A stretch of 64,000 nt of DNA from NCBI GenBank assembly GCA_021613535.1, contig CP075496.1, positions 11,780,001 to 11,844,000 on the forward strand, given 5' to 3'. This document shows, piece after piece, positions 39,453-51,559 of this stretch. The stretch's first letter is position 1; each line of letters begins with the position of its first letter. The notes beneath the pieces were generated by a model. The model saw nothing but the letters and a program-made list of their open reading frames with translations. It was not told the DNA's origin and searched no databases. The stretch is from Adineta vaga. Lineage: Eukaryota > Animalia > Rotifera. The position numbers and the translations under genes were made by a program.

Positions 39453-41703
39453 ATGTCATCAACAGAGAAAAAACCACGTTTAGTATCAGTTAATTCGATC
39501 CTATCTGATAATGAATTGATTGAACGTTTCCGAAGAGCGTATATCAATCGAGTGTCGATAGAAGAAAAAGTTCGTGTTGAAAAACAAATTGTATTTGAAA
39601 TCGTTTTTTTTTTCGAAATGTTTTTCTTCAAGTTATAAAATTAGAACATGAACCATTTTCCTATTGTATTATCGATGATTTTCTTCAAGAGAAACAATAC
39701 AATCAATTCTCTAATCAATTAATCAATGAATTGAAAAATATCAAATTGAATCCGAAGAATAATGATTTATATAAATTTCAACAGGTTTGAATGAGACAAA
39801 GAGATTGGAAATAAGTCTTTTTTTTCTAATATAATTTAGTCGGATGATTTGGCTCATATAACATTACCAGCTATTGAACAGATCAAGTGGGTTTGTTCGA
39901 TATATGGAGTAATACTAACTTTCTCTTCAAATCCAGGCAATTTCTCTATGTTGATCTCAAAGATTGGCTTGTTCAAGCGACTGATATTCGTTTAAGTGAT
40001 AAAATTGATATGACATCATCGAAATATGAATATACAGGTATTATTATCAATTGGATTTGTTCATAGAAATGTTGATTTATTTCTTGAAGATTATCTTTTA
40101 TGTCATGACGATGATATTCATGGAACAATTGAAGGTCGTCGAATTGCTTTTATTTATTATCTTGTATCCGATGATTGGCAAGAAACTGATGGAGGAACAT
40201 TGGATCTCTTTGAAACTGATAGTAAATAGAATAAAAAGCATGAAAATTTTGTCTATATAGTTTGAATGTTTAGATGATAATCAACCATGCCGTATTGTGA
40301 CATCATTGGTACCAAAACGAAATCGATTAACTTTCTTTGAAGTTACTGATAAATCGTATCATCAGGTAGTTTGAAATTGAAAATCTAAAATAGATTTTAC
40401 TTTTCTTATTTATAGGTTGCTGAAGTTTTGAATGAAAAACAACGAGCTCGTTTATCAATCAATGGTTGGTTTCATGGTCCTGTTAATTTTCGGCCAGCAC
40501 CTGTTTTTGAATCATTACCAACAACGATACCAGCAACAAAATTTCAAACGAATGATGTAAAATTGATTTTGATTTTCTTCGAAATGATTTCAATCAAATT
40601 TATTATAGTTAGATCGTGTTAATCAAACAATTACACCAATGTATTTGAAAGTTGAAACACAATATGATGTTCAAATGGCATTTCAGGAAAATTCCGAAAC
40701 GAAATTATCAGATTTTTTCCAAGTAATTTCAAATAGATACAAGACTTTTCTATTGTTTTGTTTATCTTTTTAAGAAAGATTTTTTTCAAGCAATGGTAAA
40801 TGAATTGAAGAGTGATACGATCAAATGGATACGACGAGGTCCATATAATAAACGGTAAAGAAAAAAACCTGTTTGATCATGAAAAAACTATCATTCTATA
40901 TTCATAGAAATTATGATATCGCTGATGTTAATTCTCTGCCATCAGCATTGAAAAATCTCGTCGAATTATTTGGTTCTGAACCAATGTTTACTATTCTTGG
41001 ATCTTTAACTGGTTTAACATCAGAAAATGATGAAGATGAAGAAACAGAATCTTATGAACCATCACCTAAAAAACGAAAATCAACTTCAACAGGTAGAATA
41101 TTATTTTGAAGATCTTTTAAAACTATTTTCTTTCAATTTAGCAGAAGTTACGTCAACATCAACTGCTTGTTCGTCGTCTTCACGATGGTATTTTGAATTA
41201 CGACGATGGAAACATACGTATTATAGTTTATCATATGATACTGATAATCATACTAACAATGATGATGATGATGATGAAGATGATGAGAATGAAGAAGAAG
41301 ACAAAGATGGAACACTTGATGTCATGATTTTCTTCAATTATCAATCTGGTATTTCTTTTGTTTTTCAACAAGAATCGTTTTTTTTATAAGAAAAAAATGT
41401 TTTTTTTATTCAGATGGAAGTGAAGAAACAACTGGTGGTGGTGATGTTGTATACACAATCAAAAATGAAGATGAAACTGTAAAAATTCCATTCTTCATTG
41501 AAAACATTCATGAAACTTTTTATCTTTTATTTCATTAGTTGTTACGTGTCATTCCTGATGATAATAGTCTCAATTTGATCTATCGTGAAGATAACAAGGT
41601 GCTAAAGTTTAATAAATATGTCAATCATCGACAAGCAAATAATACATTCTATGAGTTTTGTGCATGTTATCTTGATTTAGATAAACTTAAAATTGATGAA
41701 TAA
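39453..41703 (+). CDS. OGFOD1: 2OG-Fe(II) prolyl 3-hydroxylase OGFOD1/Tpa1
   Basis: [20 protein letters not shown] (HxD), [25 protein letters not shown] and [11 protein letters not shown], plus a C-terminal second DSBH domain. Confidence 0.93.
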
Positions 41704-41784
41704 AAAAATAAAATAAAAATTGAAAACAAGAGAATAAAACCGAAAAAAAAGAAGTCTCGTCTTGTAGATTTTTTATTTAATCGA

Positions 41785-44061
41785 ATGGCAACTGGTGATA
41801 ATAGTTATTTTACTGAAGATGAAGATGATCATCATACATCATCATCATCATTAAAACGGCTGATTACAATTTCGTCTGATGATGAAGATAAAGAATTTAA
41901 TCAACAAAATGTGAAACGTCAACGTTCATCTTCACTACCGAAAACCAAACCCTTACAAATAATGAACAAACAACCAGTTATACGAAATACTCGGCAAACA
42001 TCCTTGTCAATTATACGAACCAATAGTAATGAGAGCGATAATAATGAAAGTAAATGGAACTTAAAAATGATTACGACATCATCAACATCAGATCAAAGTT
42101 CAAATAAACAACTGAAGAAGAAAACAACACAAACGGTAAATAGATTAAATTTCAAGAGCACTTTGGTTTCTATTTTGTATTTTTAGAAATTATCATCGTT
42201 TTTCAATTCGAAATCGTCTAGACCACTTGTACGAACAGTTTCGTCACCAGCTATTCATCAAGAGGAACTAGTCAATAATGTAACACGAACAGTTTCACTC
42301 GATGGATTTGATATGGATGCAAATGAAATCTTTTCTCAATGGAGTGATGAAGTGACTAATACATCAACAATTGATCAAACTTCTACTCAAACAAAAACCA
42401 CAATCAATAGTAAATCAATTTGGAAACAAATTTTTAATAAACCAGTCAAATCGAAAGTAGATGACAATGAATTAAAAGAGCAATGGTCTGAATTAGATAA
42501 AAATCAATCAACAAATCATCAACATCGATACTATGGATCGACAAGTGAAACTAAAAGAACTTGTCCATTCTATAAAAAAATACCTGGTAATCTATTTATT
42601 TTTATGTGTATAAAAATAAAACAACGTTTTTTGTACTTGATTGAGTCATATAACCTTGAATATGCATGTGATTGTATTCGAGTATATATTTAGGTACAAC
42701 ATTTTGCGTTGATGCATTTAATTTTGGTAATATCGATGGTATTCAAGCTTACTTTCTTTCACATTTTCATTCGGATCATTATGGTGGATTGAATAAAAAA
42801 TTTTCGAATATGCTCTATTCAAATCAAGTGAGAATTACTAAAATGATTTGGTCATCAAATAATTTATCTTATTTATAGATAACTTGTAATCTATGTAAAA
42901 GTCAGTTAGGTGTTCGACCGGAAAATATGACGATTCTTCCTATGGACACATTTACAAATGTTCACGGAATTGATGTTGCTCTTATCGATGCCAATCAGTA
43001 AGAATAAGACGAATTGATTGATAAGTTCATGTTATCTCGTTTGTTTTTAGTTGTCCAGGTTCAAATATGTTCTTATTTCGATTTCCAAATGGAAAATTAA
43101 TTTTACATACGGGAGATTTTCGAGCTGCATCACATCTTATGACGCATCCATTACTTCAACCAAATCAAATTGATACAGTTTACCTTGATACAACGTAAAT
43201 ATCTTCATCTAGATATTGTAGATTTTCATTCTATTTTCTTTCTATTTAGTTATTGTGATTCACATTATCGTTTTCCATCACAAGATGAAGTGATTGAGAG
43301 TGCAGTTGAATTAGTTTTAGAACAACTACAAGAAAATCCAAGAATTTTAATAGCCATTGGAGCGTATCTTGTTGGAAAAGAACGAGTATTTCATGGTAAA
43401 AATGGATTCATTTCTAATATTTCGAAACGATTTCATCATTTAGCTATTGCAAAAGCACTTGATTGCAAAATATTTGTTGAAGCACGAAAATTTCGTATAC
43501 TAAATCAATTAGATAATGACGATTTATCAAAACGTTTAACAACAAAACCTAATGAAACGAATGTTCATGTTGTTGGTATGGGTTCCGTAACATCACCGGT
43601 AAAAATTTTCCGTATTAAAACTATTGTCTTTCGAGTTTTTAAATGATCATTAAAGATGTTACAAACACATATGGATAAATATTCATTAAATTATACAAAA
43701 GTCATAGGAATAAAACCAACTGGTTGGACAACTCCTCGGGCAACAGGTGGATCAAAACATTATTCTATTGAATCTAAATCATCAAATATTACTGTTTATG
43801 GTTCTGTATTCCTTTTATTTAATATTAAGTTATATTTCTTCTTATCTTTTTTAGGTTTTCCTTATAGTGAACATAGTTCTTTTAATGAATTAAAAACTTT
43901 TATCGAATATCTTAAACCCAAACGAATTATTCCAACGTAAGCAAAATCAAATTATCCTTCTTCTTTGAATAATTTATTCTCTATTCCATAGTGTCAATGT
44001 TGGTCGTGCAAATGTACGTGAAAAAATGAATGGTTATTTCAAGCAATGGTTATCAGTTTAA
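41785..44061 (+). CDS. DCLRE1A: DNA cross-link repair 1A (SNM1A/Pso2; MBL-beta-CASP nuclease)
   Basis: [60 protein letters not shown] and PYSEHSSF. Confidence 0.93.
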
Positions 44062-44153
44062 TGTTTTTACTTTTTTTTTTATATAAATAATCTTTTCCCC
44101 TAACATGTCAGATTAAAAATGAATGAGTAATCTTGCATTTTCTCTTTTTTCAG

Positions 44154-44699
44154 ATGCCTATCGTTATTATCGGAGGTGTTACAGCTACAGGCAAAACATG
44201 TACAGCTAAGAAATTAGCAAATCTTTATCATTGGGATTATATTGAAGCTGATGAATATCATTCGCAAGCAAATATTGATAAAATGCAGGCTGGCGTTGCT
44301 TTAACAGATGAAGATCGTCTTCCTTGGTTGCGAAAGTTACATGAACAATTAGAGAAATATTCATCATTAGATCAAAGTTGTATTATAACATGTTCGGCGT
44401 TGAAAAAAACGTATCGACAAATTCTATTAAGTGGTACTGCTGATCCAGATAGGAACGCAAAATTGCCAACGGAAGATTTTTATTTAATTATGTTAACATT
44501 ATCACGAGATGTTTTGCATAGTCGTTTATTGGCAAGACAATCGGAACATTTTATGAATCCCAATCTATTAGATTCTCAACTTGAGACACTTGAATTACCG
44601 AAAAATCAAGAAGATGAACCACATGCCTATGTTATTAATTGTGATGGTCTTTCACTTGATGATGTTATAGAACAAATTCAAAAGATTGTGCACCAATAA
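44154..44699 (+). CDS. IDNK: Gluconokinase (GntK/IdnK type)
   Basis: P-loop GVTATGKT, EADEYHSQANIDKMQAGVALTDEDRLPWL, CSALKKTYR and HFMNPNLLDSQLETLE. Confidence 0.9.
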   Translation: MPIVIIGGVTATGKTCTAKKLANLYHWDYIEADEYHSQANIDKMQAGVALTDEDRLPWLRKLHEQLEKYSSLDQSCIITCSALKKTYRQILLSGTADPDRNAKLPTEDFYLIMLTLSRDVLHSRLLARQSEHFMNPNLLDSQLETLELPKNQEDEPHAYVINCDGLSLDDVIEQIQKIVHQ

Positions 44700-44991
44700 A
44701 CTTTCAGTTTTGATTTGAATCATTCTTTCTTATAATTCTTTGATTTAAATTTTTAATCAATTTAGTAGATATTAAGTTTTTTAAAGAACTAAACCAACAG
44801 GCATGGTTATAATGTGATAAATATTGTCTTTAAGAACGATATTAATAAAATAAATACGATAGAAATAACACATAATTTTCTACGAAAATGTGATGTATTT
44901 TATGTTTATCGATCATTTTGAATAATCTAGTTTAAATACGAACGAAAGAGTACAAATCTATTAGTACTATGCATACTTAAAGCATGTCTTT

Positions 44992-45350
44992 TTATCTGTT
45001 ATTCTCATTCGCACTTTCGCAGTAGGCCCATGTTTTTTCTTCAAAATTTTTACATCCATTCTGATTTGTAATACTTAAACATTGTAGATCATAAAATTTT
45101 TTATTCCTTCGTATTGCTTCTGTCTTATTCCATTGATATGTTTTCGTTATATTATCATATGGAATAGATTCAGCGGCGAGATATGCTATGAAATGATTAT
45201 TAATTTGTTCCAATGTACAAAGAAAATAATGATTAGATATATGAAAACGTATTTCAATGAGTAATGTTCTATATATGTGTGAATCAATAGATTCTGAAAT
45301 ATGTCGATAAGTAAATGAACCACCGAGAAAATGAGAAGCGATCGTATATG
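44992..45350 (-). pseudogene. Fragment resembling the N-terminus of a secreted invertebrate protein family (SHFxGG motif); apparently truncated
   Basis: ASHFLGGSFTYR..LLIEIRFHISN..C. The ORF stops at 44992 without a clear GT donor or continuing exon. Confidence 0.35.
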
Positions 45351-45859
45351 AAAAAAAGAAAGAAAAATTTAGAAAAAAATATTGAAAGTTCATTTTTGTT
45401 CAAACAGAAAAACAATTCTTCTCGTTGATTGTCAATAAACGCGCTTGAAAGATATATTCTGAACAATTTACAAGTCGTGTATTCTATATATGGTATACAG
45501 TATGCCAAAGAACTCACATTTTTTCAGTAATACTAATAGTTCTCAGCATTTTATCAAGAATATAATGTAATGTTCAAAAAATAAAATTGAAGTATATACT
45601 CTTACCTCATCTTTCACTCTTCAATTCTTTCTAAAACTGATGTTCCAAGTACAGAAGTGTCACTGAGTTTTCTATGCTTTTTCTACTGTCTTAGTCTGCA
45701 CGTGGTGTATTATTTCGCAACTAAACACAAAAAATTATTAGACTTTTCTATCGGAAAATTATGTATAAGATATAAAGATTTATTTTTGAAATTTATCAAA
45801 TATTCACGAAAATAAAACAACAAACTGTTTCAAAAACAGATATATACGGTTATACTTTA

Positions 45860-46287
45860 TCAACTTGTTGTCATAACTTTACTTGCTAAATCATTTGATG
45901 AACTCGGTTTTAATCCAGAAGAAATCATTGGACTTCTCATCGGGACTACCGTTGATACATAAGGACGTCCCTTAGTAGTTGTTGCTGTTGTTATTGTATG
46001 TCGTTGATTTTTCACAGGAATCTGCCGTGTAGTAATGTGATCATTTTCCTTATCACACCATCTACATATTAAATTCAATAGACAATCACACATATGATAG
46101 TACGCAATTTCACTTACGATCCACACACAATTTGCCAACAAATACAAAAAGCGATTAACTAAATTACAGAAAAACAATGACTAATTCATATTCTTTATTC
46201 TCAAGGAAATTATTCACATACCAATCCAACGAATCCACCTATGCCAATACTAAGCCCCATAACAATTGCTTTTGTGTCTTCATCCAT
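45860..46287 (-). CDS. Small single-pass membrane protein (~102 aa, 3 coding exons)
   Basis: MDEDTKAIVMGLSIGIGGFVGL/LIAFCICWQIVCGS/WCDKEND.., joined by two phase-compatible GT-AG introns. Confidence 0.65.
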
Positions 46288-48487
46288 AATTGTTATTATG
46301 AAAAATCAAGAAGAACTTTCAGTTGTTTTGTTTCTATATTAAATAACACATTAACTTGTGAATAAGAAAGAAAAAAAGATTGACTCTTATTTCCGATTTT
46401 TCAACTAAGAATACATCCTCTTACTAGCAACTCACACTTTAAAATTTGCATTTCTCTCTCTCTCTCTTCTATATAAATGCACTAAAATTTTCTATATAAT
46501 AAGCATCTATACAAGTAAGTGTCAACTAGAATAAAAGAAAAAAGCATTCTAAAGAAGAAAACTAGGTAACTAATTTGAAAAAAACTATTCAACTAATGAT
46601 CAGATAGCATGATTTCCATAGAAATGAAAAGTCAATGTCCTAACACTGACTTGACTATTTGGTTACCAGGAAATAAATAAAAGGAACTTGTCGAAAGAAC
46701 ATAAAGAATGAAATTATTGACCTTTATTCTTAAAATATCAGAAAAAGAGAGGAGTATAGAAGTTCAATTCTATAGATAGTTGTTTTTATTGATTATACCG
46801 AGTTGCTCAGTCATATTTCAATGTGATATCGAACAAAGGAAAGAAACAATTGATTTCCCCAATGATATTGATACTTATTCTTACTGATTGCCTTTATCAA
46901 ATATAAATGACAAATATGTTCGTAATAAACTCAATTCTGATTGAACAGATCAACTGTTTTTTGAAAAAATTTAGATTACAGGCTCGTAAATAGAACATTA
47001 TCATCTGAACATTTGGAAAATGTTTGAATATTTATTTGAAAAAGAAATTATCGATATGTGAATGATTGGGATAGTATATAGAAATGAACAAGTTCAGGCA
47101 TCTTGATAGAGAACAATTAATGAAATAATCTCTATGAATATGTATGATGAAAAAAGTCGGTTGGACAATTTGAAGCATAAACATGAGCAGAATAAGAGAT
47201 TGGAAAATCTTATCGGGGTATTAAAGAAAAAGCTGTTAAGAGTTCCATATACCACAGAGGGCGGGAAAGAAATGTGGATGGGTATGTGCTTTATGCTTAT
47301 ATGAATTGTACGATCCGCTCAAAAAATCTTCTGTTGTTTCTCTTCCTTTGATGTTAACTGCTATTTTATGTAACTTCTTATTTTCCTTTGTAATAGGAGG
47401 TTAGACAAATAGACTCTTTATGATCGATACGTTCAAATATTATATAGTTCGTTAATAAAAAACAAAGAATCATTGATACAGACATCTTCGAAATATTGGT
47501 TCATGATTTGTATGACAACTATGTTCATATACGCAGCGGGATACACAGGAAGAAAAATGATCTATGATAGACATAATCTAAACATAGGAAGAGATGATAA
47601 ATGATACTGAATTAGCTGCATCGATTTCGAAAAAGAATTCCTGGTAATTAGAAAATGCCGGTGAAATATAATTATAAACAATCTTTGATAGTTAAAAGAA
47701 AAGAAAGAAAGAAATGGTGTTTCATATCAATCAGATAGGGTTCGTTAATGATGGTCAATCATCATCATCATCAGTCGACTGCAAACAAGCGTGGTTTACA
47801 GGCGATAACGATGGTCAATAAGAAAGGTTAAATCAATGATTATAATGAAGGTCTTTCGTTGTCTGATTGAATCATTGAAAATTTAGAGAAATTAAAAAAA
47901 TGGGCAATTTAGCAAGATTTTCTTCCCATGACAATTTTTCGTTCAGTTTAAAACTATACGATCAATTTAGAATATATATCTTCAGTTTTCCATAAATAAA
48001 ATTGTTTTTCTAATTAAGTATTCATTTATGCAGTGTAAGAAACTGAAAGTAGATTAATATTCAATTAGTACAGTCATTCATTTATCTGAACTAAACTTCA
48101 TCAACCATTGAATCTGATGATAGTTGATGTTTACATATTCTCCTTACCAGCTCGAATACGTGACATGCTCACATCGTTTTTCTTTCCTTTCTCTCTGTCC
48201 ATTCTCTCGTTATAGTACAACTGGAAGAATCGTCGTGCACATTGCTTGTATATATTTTTCATTTCTCTTTTCTTTATTTCGTTGTTTCAATTGTTGTATG
48301 TGCTAAACGTCTTCGCGTCCATCATTAGAATTCATTCAGGCAAGTATATTTTCGAGGATACTATATACGAAGTTCTCAAACTATATGATTTCTAAAAAAT
48401 CTGTTTAGATACAATCAGCAAGATTGTTATTCATTTATTAGTACTTGTCTTTGATTAATATCTATTGATTGTACAGTATTTTTCAGT

Positions 48488-50852
48488 ATGAAAAAGTCAA
48501 ATAAGAAAATTGAAGTTATCGATTTAACCAAAGATGAAAATGATGAAGAAAAATGTGCAACGAATCAACAGTGTAACGGCCCAACATGTCGATATACATG
48601 TAGAATTGTAATTGAAAATGCGGTTAGTTGATTCTATTCCTTTATTATTATGATATCTATACATATTTACACGAAGTTAAAAGTCGTTGAGTTCGACTAA
48701 TCGGAATGTTCAAAAAAGTTGAACCGTTAATATCGAGGGACACAGAATACACGAACCAACATGATAAATAAATATATTTCATGATTAGTTACTACATGAA
48801 ACTATAAGAAATATAAGGAAAGAAGAAAAACACGTGGTAGATATCGGAGATTTTTACTTGTATATATGTGATTGATTGATATTTATCCAAGATTTTCTCT
48901 GCTATTTGAAATATAACGAATGTATTTTCTCGTAGGTTTCATCAGCAACTGTTCAACAACCAATTCGTCCGCCAAATGTTCATCGTGAATCGTCATTATC
49001 GAATAGTGATAGTTTTCAAAAGAAAAAACTAAAAGTAATTGTATATATTTAATACGATGCGCTTAGTAGCGTATTTTTGAATTTCTTCGCGTTTATTTAT
49101 TTATTTTTTTTCAACAGACCATTTGACCATCGTAGTTTTTGATATGATGATGTAGAGAACATAGAGTGTCGATTGACTGTCCGAGTAAATAACATTTTTT
49201 CGATAAATTGAGGCAATTTTTTCTTATATGATAGAGATAATTAAAACGAAAGTAGGCGCAAAAAAGCAATTACTAAATCTCTAACGATTAGCTGAAAAAA
49301 TAATTAATTGATGCAGCGACACTATTTATTTCGTCGAAATTTAAAAGTATTCGCAGAAGTTCCTAAAGCTTCACGCTCCGTATTTCGCAATTCAAGCTAA
49401 ACTCGAATGTCTCTCTACTTCTTTCTCTACATATGATCGAAATAAACTATTGATATTACTGAAGAAATCTTTTTGAATATGATTTTGAATCTATTTGTTT
49501 TTCTTTTAGTCATTTACTAACAAATATGTCGTTCTTGATTCTCTCGAAGGTTTAAGAAGTTTACCAGACAATTCCGTTCAATGTGTTGTTACATCTCCAC
49601 CATACAATAAACTTGGTCTTCGTGAAGGTCGTCCATATCTTGGTCAAATTATTTATGATACATACGATGATAATATGAATGAAGATGACTATCAAAAATG
49701 GCAATTACAAATTCTCAATGAAATTAATCGTATTCTTAAACCTGGTGGTTCAGCATTTTACAATCATAAAGATCGACGTTTTTGTAAACGAGATCATCCA
49801 CCAGAAAAATTTCTGTCTGACAGTGATTTAGAACTATATCAGACAATCATATGGGATCGCGGTTCGACAGTCAATCAAAATGCCCGTTATTTTCGTCCAT
49901 ATGTCGAAAAAATCTTTTGGTTTACAAAATCTATATCAGGCGAATCAACAACACCAAAATTTCATCGTGATCGTTTACCAGAATATTTTAAAGGTGTAAT
50001 TTGGAGAATTCCTCCAGATAAACGGAATAAACATCCAGCACCATTTCCAGCAATTCTAGCAGAAATTTGTATTCTAACCACAACAGAGGAAGGTAGAGTA
50101 TCTTGATTTATGGTAATTTTTCTACGAACTCTAATCTATGAATTGTTTCAGGTGATTTGGTTTTAGATCCATTTGCTGGTTCAGGAACAACCTTAGTCGC
50201 AGCAGCTAGTTTGAAACGGTCATATCTTGGTTTTGATATTAGCAGTAAATATCAAAAAATGTTTCATCAAAGATTGGCTACATCGAAGTCAAAAGTACAT
50301 TTGTGGGAAGAAATGTATACTGTTGAAAATATAGTAGATCATCGAGTTCGAAATGGACGTATGGAATATCTTCTTAAATGGAAAGGATATGATGCAAAAC
50401 AAAATACGGTAGGAACGATGAACTTTTACGAAGGAATAAGTTCAATTTGTGATTTTTTTAATTAAGTGGGAATATGAAGAGAATTTGAATTGTCCAAATT
50501 TACTTGAAGAATTCAAAGCATCATTAAAAAAACGAACGAAACAAAAACGAAGTTCATTCAAAAAGAAACCAGTGATTTTCGTTTCTTCAGATCAAGTGAG
50601 TCGCTTAGATTTTTTAACACACAAATCTTGATCGAATGTTCTATTCATACTATTTTTATTTAGTCACGAGATCGTAAGAGAACAATTTCATCCATCGATT
50701 CTACAGAAACTGAAGAAACTGATGAAAATTCAACAAAACGACATTGCCAAAGTGCGCCTATTTTTCGGCAAAGAGCAGTCTTATGTGAATCATTAAATTG
50801 TGACAATAACCATGTTATTTATGGTGGTTATCGATTACGTCTCAGACAATAA
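48488..50852 (+). CDS. N4CMT: N4-cytosine DNA methyltransferase (beta-class N6_N4_MTase) fused to a chromodomain
   Basis: Exons 48488-48622, 48936-49034, 49510-50092, 50152-50408, 50467-50595 and 50664-50852 give an open frame of about 463 aa. Motifs: [63 protein letters not shown]. Chromodomain [47 protein letters not shown]. The first two exons are less certain. Confidence 0.93.
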
Positions 50853-51559
50853 AAATCTCCGTTTGTTTTAGTCAATCTCATTGATATGAGAAGCATTTGT
50901 TTTTGATCTTTTCATGTTGTGTGCATCATTTTTTTCCTTTCGTTGTTCAGATATCAACGTTTTTTTTGCTTTAACTAGAAACTTTCATTGAAATAGAACA
51001 TACGTTTCCATGCTCGACACTTATCAGTTTTATCATCTACTATGCATTATCTTTTTGGGTTATTGAGTTCAAACAGTAAATCTCTTGATTGAATATTTTC
51101 AAAAAGATTTCCACAGACATTTGAATCCATGCAAATCTGTAATACAATGAAGAATATTCGTGAACATTTGCTTTGGATCGACTAGGGAAAAAGAAGATTA
51201 TCGATCTTATTCGCGAGGCAAAATTGTCGCCAGAATACAGTTGTCAATCAGAGAAAAAAATTTATAAATACAATAAGATAATATTATACCTATTGGTTCA
51301 TACAAACCAATTTCTACTCTGCTATACTTATTACATTTTGAATATGTCGATAACAGAAATGAAGAGGCTTGTTTCTGTTTGTCGAATCAATTTTTTTAAC
51401 TCGTTCTTTTGCTTTTTTTCTACGTTACTACTTTATAGACGCAGTCACCTTTTTCTTTCAGCTTGCACATTATCTTTCCTCTCGTATTACGCACATCAAT
51501 TAATTTTTACATTTTTTTTGAAAGAAAGAAAAAAGGGCAATTTCATATTGTTATATCAA

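Noticed and set aside
44154-44699. Gluconokinase as a horizontally acquired gene
   Set aside because: Animals have IDNK orthologues. Lack of introns alone is not enough without a phylogeny.
51173-51559. N-terminal 129 codons of the 431-aa ORF
   Set aside because: Begins at a non-ATG codon and has low-complexity F/L-rich UTR-like composition. PACSIN similarity starts only after the ATG at 51560.
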